DNA of 30,752 nt from a virus (lineage: Duplodnaviria; Caudoviricetes): the IMG/VR virus record IMGVR_UViG_3300028585_000054, positions 1 through 30,752 of that record, one strand, 5' to 3'. Below, one piece after another: positions 7,926 to 15,088 of this stretch. Position numbers and translations under genes: made by a program. Every line of letters starts with the position of its first letter. The first letter of the stretch is position 1. The notes under the pieces are model-generated. The model ran no database searches, was not told the DNA's origin, and saw only the letters and a list, made by a program, of their open reading frames with translations.

Positions 7926-9326
7926 ATGAACAAAACCCGCAACGTGGCCACGCTGATGGCCATCACGATGGCAGCTCACTTCGCTGCGTTCCAGGCCAAG
8001 GCCGACTCGCTCGTGTACGAGAAGCGCGACGAGCCAACCCTGCGCTCGGTCGCCGAAGCGATCGACAAGATCAATACGGCCTTCACCGAGTACAAGCAGA
8101 CCAACGACCAGCGTATCGAAGCCATCAAGGCCGGCAAGTCGACCGCCGACCTGGACGCCAAGCTGGCGCGCATGGACGAGGCAATTTCGTCGATGTCGGA
8201 GCAGAAAGGCCGCCTCGAGCAGATGGAAACCAAGCTGGCGCGCCCGGGCGCGTTCAGCGGCGGCGGCCGTGGCAACGATGAGTCGAAGGAGACGGTCGAG
8301 CACCGCAACGCGTTCTTCGACTGGGTGCGCGCCCCGCAGGATTCCGAACGCAAATCCCGCCTCGAGCAGACCTACAAAGCGCTGGAAGCGAAGCGTACGG
8401 CTGACGGTCGTGAAACCCGGGCTGCCCAAACCACCACCACCAGCGGCGCCGCCGGCGGTTATGCGCTGCCAGAGTTCATCGAGAGCGCGATCGCGCGCTT
8501 GTCGGTCGACATTTCGCCAATCCGCCAGATCGCAACCGTTCGCCAGGTCGGCACCACCGACTATAAAGAACTGTTCGACATTGGCGGTGCAGGTTTCGAA
8601 TGGGTGGGCGAAACCGACACCCGCAATCAGACGAATACGCCGGAACTGCAGGAAGTCATGCCGACCTTCGGTATGGCATCGGCCAAGCCGCAGGCGTCGG
8701 AAGAATCGCTCGATGACCTGTTCTTCAACGTGGAAGACTGGCTGACCAGCTCCGCGTCGGAAAGCATGGCGGCCGGCGAGGGCGCTGCGTTCATCCTCGG
8801 CAACGGCCTCAAGAAGCCGACCGGCATCCTGGGCGGCCCAGCGCCGGTTGCCACCGGTGACAGCGGCCGTGCGTTCGGCACCCTGCAGTACTTCGCTTCC
8901 GGCCAAGCCGCAGCAATGCCAACGAACACGGACATGTTCTACGACATGGTCTACGCGCTGCGCGCCCGCTATCGCAACAACGCGCAGTGGTTGACCAACA
9001 AGCTGGTGCTGGCCGCTCTGCGTAAGTACAAGGACGGCAACGGCAACTACATGTGGCAACCTGCGCTGACCGCAGGCCAGCCGGCGACCTTCATGAACTA
9101 CGGCATCACCGAAGCCGAAGACATGCCAGGCATTGCCGCGAACTCGTTCCCGCTGGCCTTCGGCGACTTCAAGGAAGGCTACCTGATCTGCGATCGCGTG
9201 GGCATGCGCATCACCCGCGACGAGATCACCACGCCGGGCTTCGTGAAGTTCTACGTGCGCAAGCGCGTGGGCGGCAAGCTGCGCAACACCCAGGCGATCA
9301 AGCTGCTGAAAATCGCCGCGGCGTAA
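7926..9326 (+). CDS. Major capsid protein (HK97 fold, with N-terminal delta domain)
   Basis: GGYALP, WVGE, G.G..KPTGIL, KD.NGNYMWQP, FGDF..GY.I.DR motifs. Confidence 0.97.
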   Translation: MNKTRNVATLMAITMAAHFAAFQAKADSLVYEKRDEPTLRSVAEAIDKINTAFTEYKQTNDQRIEAIKAGKSTADLDAKLARMDEAISSMSEQKGRLEQMETKLARPGAFSGGGRGNDESKETVEHRNAFFDWVRAPQDSERKSRLEQTYKALEAKRTADGRETRAAQTTTTSGAAGGYALPEFIESAIARLSVDISPIRQIATVRQVGTTDYKELFDIGGAGFEWVGETDTRNQTNTPELQEVMPTFGMASAKPQASEESLDDLFFNVEDWLTSSASESMAAGEGAAFILGNGLKKPTGILGGPAPVATGDSGRAFGTLQYFASGQAAAMPTNTDMFYDMVYALRARYRNNAQWLTNKLVLAALRKYKDGNGNYMWQPALTAGQPATFMNYGITEAEDMPGIAANSFPLAFGDFKEGYLICDRVGMRITRDEITTPGFVKFYVRKRVGGKLRNTQAIKLLKIAAA

Positions 9327-9344
9327 CCCACCCACCACCCACAG

Positions 9345-9370
9345 GAGGCCCCGTTCGCGGGGCTTTCTGC
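9345..9370 (+). terminator. Rho-independent terminator after capsid gene
   Basis: GCCCCG-TTCG-CGGGGC stem-loop followed by TTTCTGCTTT. Confidence 0.7.
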
Positions 9371-9382
9371 TTTGGAGAGCAC

Positions 9383-9556
9383 ATGAAACTCACCGCAATC
9401 AAAGACTTCAGCTGGGCGCACCGCGGCGTCGAGATCGAGCAATTCGAGAAGGGCGCTGTCATCGAAACCGAAGACGCGGACCTGATCAAGGTCGCAATCG
9501 ACGAAGGCTGGGTTAAGAAGGCCGGCAAGGCCGACGCCAGTACGCCGGCCGAATGA
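9383..9556 (+). CDS. Small virion/head-associated protein (57 aa)
   Basis: RBS GGAGAG; MKLTAIKDFSWAHRGVEIEQFEKGAVIE; typical small gene after HK97-type capsid genes. Confidence 0.7.
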   Translation: MKLTAIKDFSWAHRGVEIEQFEKGAVIETEDADLIKVAIDEGWVKKAGKADASTPAE

Positions 9557-9738
9557 TCGGCCCGGCCACCACCGCGCTGCTCGCTAAGTTGCGCGAGTGG
9601 GCGGCCGACCCGGGCGCCTGGTGCTACCCGGTCGAAACCACACGCGGCCGGGCCGTCCTCTTTCCGGAAGACGTCGACGGCCGCACCGATGAACAGCTGG
9701 TCGCGGTGATCTGCGAGCGGCTGAACGAGAACAAGTAG
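9553..9738 (+). CDS. Hypothetical protein (61 aa)
   Basis: ATGA-coupled ORF that fills the gap. Confidence 0.55.
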   Translation: MIGPATTALLAKLREWAADPGAWCYPVETTRGRAVLFPEDVDGRTDEQLVAVICERLNENK

Positions 9739-9746
9739 AGGATCAC

Positions 9747-10163
9747 ATGGCCATTACCGCCGCATTCCCGAACCAGGCGAAGCTGGACGCGCTGATCGCC
9801 GGCTGCCCCCCAGGCAACGTCTACAAGGCCGTGCTCTACACGAGCGCCGCCACGCTGAGCAAGGCCACCGAAACGTATTCTGCCGCCGGCGAAGCATCCG
9901 GCACCGGCTACACCGCAGGCGGCAAAACGCTGACGGGCATCACGCAGGCGCTCGACGGCGACGTGGCGATCATGGACTTCGCCGACCCGTCCTGGCCGAA
10001 CTCGACCATCACTGCCCGTGGCATGACCATCGTCGACACCACGAACGGCAACAAGGTCAAGGCGGTGCTGGACTTCGGCGCCGATATCACGTCGACCAAT
10101 GGAACGTTCGCTGTCGCCCTCCCGGCGCCGGCCGCAGCAACTGCCGTCATCCGGATCGCTTAA
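9747..10163 (+). CDS. Beta-rich structural protein, putative fibre subunit
   Basis: RBS GAGGA; K..LYTS.ATLS, E.SGTGYTAGG.TL, DFAD..W..STITARG, VLDFG.D.TST.G.F, IRIA motifs match a widespread phage structural family (recalled, not searched). Confidence 0.7.
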   Translation: MAITAAFPNQAKLDALIAGCPPGNVYKAVLYTSAATLSKATETYSAAGEASGTGYTAGGKTLTGITQALDGDVAIMDFADPSWPNSTITARGMTIVDTTNGNKVKAVLDFGADITSTNGTFAVALPAPAAATAVIRIA

Positions 10164-10173
10164 GCGGGTAGCT

Positions 10174-10578
10174 ATGAAGACCCTGTTCATTGCGACCATC
10201 ATCGGCGATGGCACCGACTCTGGCGGCGACTTCCGTCCAGCGACTTCCGACTACCCCGTCGGCGCCGCCGGCGAGATTCCCTGGGACGACGCCGCGAACC
10301 GGCCGCTCAACACCTGGACGGTGGTCGAGGTCAGCACCGGCGATACGGCTGCCTTCGCCGGCGACGCGCGCATCGACGCGCTTCCGGCCTGCGCGCTGGA
10401 GACGCCGGTGGCGCAGATTGACCCGGCACAGCTGGCCGGCATGCGCGCGGCGCTGACGCGGCGCGGCATCGGCGTTGCCGTCGACAGCGAACCCACGTTC
10501 GGCTCGATCGTCGCGGCCATCAAGCGCCGGGCCGGCGAGGGCCGCGTCACCCCGACCAAAACGCAACTCACCCTCTGA
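10174..10578 (+). CDS. Hypothetical protein in fibre cassette
   Basis: ATG 10174, 134 aa, packed between neighbouring genes. Confidence 0.6.
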   Translation: MKTLFIATIIGDGTDSGGDFRPATSDYPVGAAGEIPWDDAANRPLNTWTVVEVSTGDTAAFAGDARIDALPACALETPVAQIDPAQLAGMRAALTRRGIGVAVDSEPTFGSIVAAIKRRAGEGRVTPTKTQLTL

Positions 10579-10580
10579 CC

Positions 10581-11957
10581 ATGACCGAATTCGCTCGCGA
10601 CCCACTCAACGGCACGCCGGGCGATGACCTGGCGTCGAACTCGCCATGGGTCAGGCAGCCCGGGATCAGCGGCGCGCTAATCTTCGCTCCCGATGGCGCA
10701 TCGGCGTGTACCACGGCAACGACCAACACCGCTGCCTATTACCGCTCCGATGCCGCTCCGCCGACGCCAGACTATTTCGTCAGCGCCGACATCGAGATGC
10801 TGGACTCGCTGATCAACGCTTCGGCGGTAGGCGTCATCGGCCGCGCGTCGCCCTCGGCGATCACCCATTACCAAGCGCGTTTCTTGGCCAGTAGCGTCGC
10901 CCCCAACGGCACCTGGCAGCTGCGCCGGATCGTCAACAACGTGGCCAGCACGCTGGCCAGCGTCGCCGGCAGCTACGTCGCTGGCCAGAAGATCAACGTC
11001 AAGATGGGCATGGCCGGTAATGCGGTCAGCCTTTACCTGGACAGCAGCCCCGAACCGCTGCTCGGGCCGGTCAACGGGAGCACGATCGTGGCGGCGGGGT
11101 TCCCGGGCCTGCTCGGCTCGAACGTGACCGGCACGCGGGTCAGGATCGATAACTTCGTGGCCGACGATGGGCAGGTAGCGAGCGGGGCGGATGGTGCTGC
11201 GGGCGTCACCGGCGTCGCGAGCGGCGCGCAGGTCGGCATTGCTGCGGCCAGCGGGGCGGCGGCAACAGCCGTGACAGGAGTTGCGGCAGCGGTTGCCACC
11301 AACTCCAGCGTGGGCCACGGCTCGGCAGTCGCTGCCGCGCCAGCCGTCTCCGCAAGCGCGCTGGTCGGCGCAGCATCTGCTGTTGGCGCCGTCGCGGCGA
11401 TGGCTGAGCCTTCTGGCGTCGCGGCTGTGGCGCAGGTTGGCGTGGCCGCTGCAGCAGGGGGCAGCGCGTCCGTGGCATCGCCCGCTGGCGTGGTCGCAGT
11501 GGCATCGACCACGCAGCCGGCGGCCAGCGGCGCGGCTGCCGCAGCACCGGCCGGTGTCGCCTCGGGCGCAGGCGTCGGGCAGCCCAGCGCTGCAGCTGGC
11601 ACGGCTGTTCCGGCCACTGCCGTTCTCGAGATCGGAATTGGCGCGGTCGCTTCGGTGGCCTCGGTTGGCGCCGTTACTGGCGCTGGCAGCGCCACGTGTG
11701 CCCCGGCTGGCATTGCCGCCGCCACCTCGGTACGCGACGCGATTGCGACCGGCACGATCAGCATCCCGGCCACGGCTGCGCCACCTGGCGTATCGGCATA
11801 CGCGTTCATCGGTACCGCTACCGCAGTCGGGGGTGGGCTGTTTGCTCGCGCGCCGGCCGGTAACGGCTACGTGCCGCGGCGCCAGGAATGCCAGGCGCGG
11901 CCGGCCCAGTTATCCACAGGCAGCCGGCCGGCATCAACACAGAAAGCATACCGATGA
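10581..11957 (+). CDS. Putative fibre protein: N-terminal lectin/beta-sandwich-like domain plus Ala/Gly/Val repeats
   Basis: N-terminal ~195 aa beta-rich domain ending RIDNF; about 9 imperfect 22-28 aa repeats (P.GV.A.A.VG); basic C-terminal tail. Confidence 0.65.
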   Translation: MTEFARDPLNGTPGDDLASNSPWVRQPGISGALIFAPDGASACTTATTNTAAYYRSDAAPPTPDYFVSADIEMLDSLINASAVGVIGRASPSAITHYQARFLASSVAPNGTWQLRRIVNNVASTLASVAGSYVAGQKINVKMGMAGNAVSLYLDSSPEPLLGPVNGSTIVAAGFPGLLGSNVTGTRVRIDNFVADDGQVASGADGAAGVTGVASGAQVGIAAASGAAATAVTGVAAAVATNSSVGHGSAVAAAPAVSASALVGAASAVGAVAAMAEPSGVAAVAQVGVAAAAGGSASVASPAGVVAVASTTQPAASGAAAAAPAGVASGAGVGQPSAAAGTAVPATAVLEIGIGAVASVASVGAVTGAGSATCAPAGIAAATSVRDAIATGTISIPATAAPPGVSAYAFIGTATAVGGGLFARAPAGNGYVPRRQECQARPAQLSTGSRPASTQKAYR

Positions 11958-12520
11958 GCAAAGAACAAGTATCGGCGCCGGTGGCGCTTGCGCTGACGAT
12001 GGCCGAGGCCAGAGATGCGCTGCGCATCGAGGGAGATGACACCTCGCTCGACACCATGATCAAGATTTGGGTCGCCGGCATCACCGCCGAGGCGGAGACG
12101 CAGACCCATCGGTCGTTCGTCAACCGCAGCATGCGCGTGACACTCGACGCCTTCCCGGATGCGATCCAGCTGAGCGCGCCGACGTTCAGCGTCGAGGCAG
12201 TGCGATACCTGGACCCCGATGGCGTGATGCGCACGCTCGACCCGGCCGACTACTACGTCGACAAGGTGACGACGCCGGGCTACATCGTCCCGGCGCGCGG
12301 CAAGGCCTGGCCGGCCACCGAGGCGCACGTCAACGCGGTCATGGTCGACTACACCGCTGGCTACGGCCCGACCGCCGCGACGGTGCCGGACACGGTCAGG
12401 CTGTACATCCTGGCGCGCCTGACCGAGATGTTCGATCCGGCGGCGCGCGAGTTCAAGGAAACCCAGGCGTCGGTATTCGTGAACCGGCTGCTCGATGGCC
12501 TGTGGGTGCCCGCCCTATGA
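11954..12520 (+). CDS. Head-tail connector (HK97 gp6/phiE125 gp8-like)
   Basis: ATGA overlap; LT..EAR..LRIE.DD, AE..T.R, V.YTAGYG....VP motifs. Confidence 0.85.
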   Translation: MSKEQVSAPVALALTMAEARDALRIEGDDTSLDTMIKIWVAGITAEAETQTHRSFVNRSMRVTLDAFPDAIQLSAPTFSVEAVRYLDPDGVMRTLDPADYYVDKVTTPGYIVPARGKAWPATEAHVNAVMVDYTAGYGPTAATVPDTVRLYILARLTEMFDPAAREFKETQASVFVNRLLDGLWVPAL

Positions 12521-12855
12521 CGATCGCGCACCGACTGAATAAGCGGGTGGCGCTGCAGCAGCTGGCGAAGGGCAAGACCCCCAGCGGCGCGCCGACTGAA
12601 GTCTGGGAAAACGTCCTTACGACAGGCGACGGCAAGGTCTGGGCCGGAAAGCGCGAGCTGACCGGGCGCCAGTATGTCGCTGCCGGCGGCACGCAGAACT
12701 CGGTCCAGACCGAGTGGGAGATTCGCGGCCGCGCTGGCGTCATCGCTTCCATGCGCATCGTGCACGGCGCCGACATCTACGACATCGAGGCGGTGCTCGA
12801 GCAGCAGGATGGTTCGCTGAAACTGATGTGTTCGAAAGGAGCCAACCGTGGCTGA
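12517..12855 (+). CDS. Head closure / head-tail adaptor (SPP1 gp16-like)
   Basis: LNKRV.LQ, VWA, MRIVHG..IYDI.AV motifs; position. Confidence 0.85.
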   Translation: MTIAHRLNKRVALQQLAKGKTPSGAPTEVWENVLTTGDGKVWAGKRELTGRQYVAAGGTQNSVQTEWEIRGRAGVIASMRIVHGADIYDIEAVLEQQDGSLKLMCSKGANRG

Positions 12856-13300
12856 TACCAAAAACCTGACCGGCTTCGCGGAAATGGCGAAGAAGCTGCG
12901 CGAGCTTGGCCCAAAGGTCGGCCGCAAACACCTTCGCGCCGCGACGTCCAAGGGCGCGGCCGTCATCCGGAAGAAGGCGCGCGAACTGGCCCCGGTCGAC
13001 ACCGGCGAGATGCGCAAGGACATCCAGCAGAAGCGCGAGAAAACCTCGGGCGACAACATTGCCAGCTACTCGGTGTACACGCGCAGCGGCAAGAAATCCC
13101 GGATGTCCGGCAAGGCGCGCAACGTGGACAAGGACTCGTATTACTGGAAGTTCCAGGAGTTCGGCACGGCCAAGATGCCCGCGCAGCCTTTCATGCGGCC
13201 CGCGTTCGAAAGCGAGAAAGAGAACGCTGTCGACGAGATTGGCGCCGAGCTGGACAAGCGCATCCAGAAAGAAGCCGCTGACGCGGCCAGGGGAAGCTGA
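12848..13300 (+). CDS. HK97 gp10-family tail completion protein
   Basis: APVDTG, YYWKFQEFGTAKMPAQPFMRPAF motifs. Confidence 0.92.
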   Translation: MADTKNLTGFAEMAKKLRELGPKVGRKHLRAATSKGAAVIRKKARELAPVDTGEMRKDIQQKREKTSGDNIASYSVYTRSGKKSRMSGKARNVDKDSYYWKFQEFGTAKMPAQPFMRPAFESEKENAVDEIGAELDKRIQKEAADAARGS

Positions 13301-13650
13301 TGGACGTACTCGCTGAATTCCTGGCCCTGATCGATCCGATCATGGACGGCCAGGCATACCGCAACGTGGTGCCGGACGATGCGCCGGCGCCCTATGCCAG
13401 GTTCCTCCGCGTCGCTGCAGTCGAGGGTGTTACGCTCGACGATAACGGCGGCGACGACAACGAGACCGCCACCCGGATCCAGATCGACATCTACGGCAGC
13501 TCGCCAGAGGTCGACGCGAAGACGAAGGCGATCAAGACCGCGCTCAAGACGTGGGGCGTCGACAACATCATCCAGCTCGAGCTCGACGGCTACGACCACG
13601 AAGTGAAGCTGCACAGCACGATGCTCGACATCGCCACCATCCACCCGTAA
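13300..13650 (+). CDS. Tail terminator (DUF3168-like)
   Basis: P..APAPY, RIQIDIY motifs; position before tail tube gene. Confidence 0.8.
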   Translation: MDVLAEFLALIDPIMDGQAYRNVVPDDAPAPYARFLRVAAVEGVTLDDNGGDDNETATRIQIDIYGSSPEVDAKTKAIKTALKTWGVDNIIQLELDGYDHEVKLHSTMLDIATIHP

Positions 13651-13666
13651 CCCGCACTACCCATCC

Positions 13667-13694
13667 AAGCCCGCCCGCGACAGCGGGTTTTTTT
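13667..13694 (+). terminator. Rho-independent terminator
   Basis: AGCCCGC...GCGGGTT stem followed by a T-run. Confidence 0.7.
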
Positions 13695-13713
13695 ACGTCC
13701 AAGAGGATCAAAC

Positions 13714-14349
13714 ATGTCCGGAATCTCCGCACAAGGCAGCACGCTGCACATCGCCACCGGCACCGGCGGCGCCAAGACCATCACCGGCATTGCACCCGGT
13801 TTCCCGACCATCGTGACCAGCGCCGCGCACGGCTTCAAGAACGGCGACGTCGTCTCCTTCGCTTCGGTGGTGGGCACGATCGCGGCGTCGATCAACGGCA
13901 CCACCCGCGTCGTGTCGAACGTGACCCCCAACACCTACGCGCTCGACGACCTGGACAGCACCGGCCTGGGCTACACCTCGGGCGGCACCGCCACCCCCCA
14001 GACCTACACCAAGGTCAACGGCCTGCTGTCCTTCGACGGTTTCGACGGCTCGGCCGACGAGCTCGACACCACCGACCTGGACTCAACCGCGAAGGAATTC
14101 GTGTCGGGCATCAAGGACGAGGGCAAGTTCGGCTTCGAGATGAAGACCTTGAAGACCGACAACGGCCAGATCGCCCTGCGCGCGGCGCGCACCAACGGCA
14201 ACATCGTCGGCCTCAAGCTGACCCTGCCGGACGCCAGCGTGGCCTCGTTCAGCGCCCTGGTGAAAACGATCCCGACCAGCGGCGGCGTCAACGCCGTCCT
14301 GAAGGGCAAGGTCGACTGCAAGATTTCTGGTCCTGTGACCTGGGCATAA
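13714..14349 (+). CDS. Major tail (tube) protein with inserted small beta domain
   Basis: RBS GAGGA; SAQGSTL.I, DELDTTDLDSTAKEF..GIKDEG motifs; insert ITGI...T.VTSAAHG..NGD (FCCH-like). Confidence 0.88.
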   Translation: MSGISAQGSTLHIATGTGGAKTITGIAPGFPTIVTSAAHGFKNGDVVSFASVVGTIAASINGTTRVVSNVTPNTYALDDLDSTGLGYTSGGTATPQTYTKVNGLLSFDGFDGSADELDTTDLDSTAKEFVSGIKDEGKFGFEMKTLKTDNGQIALRAARTNGNIVGLKLTLPDASVASFSALVKTIPTSGGVNAVLKGKVDCKISGPVTWA

Positions 14350-14358
14350 GGAGAACAC

Positions 14359-14769
14359 ATGAAACTGCTGAATAAATCTGCGATCCTCGGCGTCGAGGAC
14401 CTGAAGCATGAAGACGTGTTTGTGGCTGCATGGGGCGGCACCGTGCGCGTGCGCACGATGACTGGCGCCGAGCGTGACGAGTTCCGTACCGTGATCGCAA
14501 GCGATGACGGCAAGCCGGCGCCGGGCAAGGTCTCCGCCGCGCTGCTGGTGGCAACCTGCGTCGACGAGAATGGCGCTCGCATGTTCACCGCCGACGACAT
14601 GGATGCGCTGCAAGAAAAGAGCGCGCCGGCGCTCGACGTGCTGGCTGAAGTCGCCATGCGCCTGAACGGCATGGGCAGCACCGCGGTGTCGGATGCCGCA
14701 AAAAACTCCGCGAGCACCCAGAGCGACGATTCTGGTTCCGGCTCGCCCTCCAGCTCGGAAAAAGCGTAA
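14359..14769 (+). CDS. Tail assembly chaperone (gpG-like)
   Basis: RBS AAGGAG; WGGTVRVR.MTGAERD, VDENGARMF motifs; contains slippery site. Confidence 0.85.
   Translation: MKLLNKSAILGVEDLKHEDVFVAAWGGTVRVRTMTGAERDEFRTVIASDDGKPAPGKVSAALLVATCVDENGARMFTADDMDALQEKSAPALDVLAEVAMRLNGMGSTAVSDAAKNSASTQSDDSGSGSPSSSEKA
14700..14706 (+). other. Programmed -1 frameshift slippery heptamer A AAA AAC
   Basis: In-frame GCA AAA AAC; -1 frame open through 15062. Confidence 0.85.
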
Positions 14770-15062
14770 GGCAAGCTCAGGCCGAGATCGACTCGGCCGA
14801 GTTCACCTACTGGATGGCGTTCTACCAGATCGAGCCGTTCGGCGACCTGGTGGCGGACGAGCGGCACGGATCAGCGGCGTCGCTGCTGGCGAACCTGAAC
14901 CGTGATCCGAAAACGCGGCCCGAGCCGTACAAGCCGGAGGACTTCATCCATTGGCGCGCGACCGGCCAAGTGGAGGAGGACGCCGAGCCGACGCTGCTCG
15001 ACGATCCAGTAGCGCAGTCCAACCTGATCCGAGCAGCAATGTTTGGCCTGCCCCCACAATAG
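14703..15062 (+). CDS. gpT part of the G-T frameshift fusion chaperone
   Basis: -1 frame reads KLREHPERRFWFRLALQLGKSVRQAQAEIDSAEFTYWMAFYQIEPFG..., typical gpT (DUF4035-like) sequence. Confidence 0.8.
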   Translation, partial: KLREHPERRFWFRLALQLGKSVRQAQAEIDSAEFTYWMAFYQIEPFGDLVADERHGSAASLLANLNRDPKTRPEPYKPEDFIHWRATGQVEEDAEPTLLDDPVAQSNLIRAAMFGLPPQ

Positions 15063-15077
15063 GGCGGGCATTTTTTT
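15046..15077 (+). terminator. Rho-independent terminator overlapping gpT stop
   Basis: GCCTGCCC...GGGCGGGC stem followed by ATTTTTTT. Confidence 0.6.
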
Positions 15078-15088
15078 GGGAGTACTCG

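Noticed and set aside
14814-15062. Independent 82-aa gene
   Set aside because: No RBS; it is the distal part of the -1 frameshift gpT frame.
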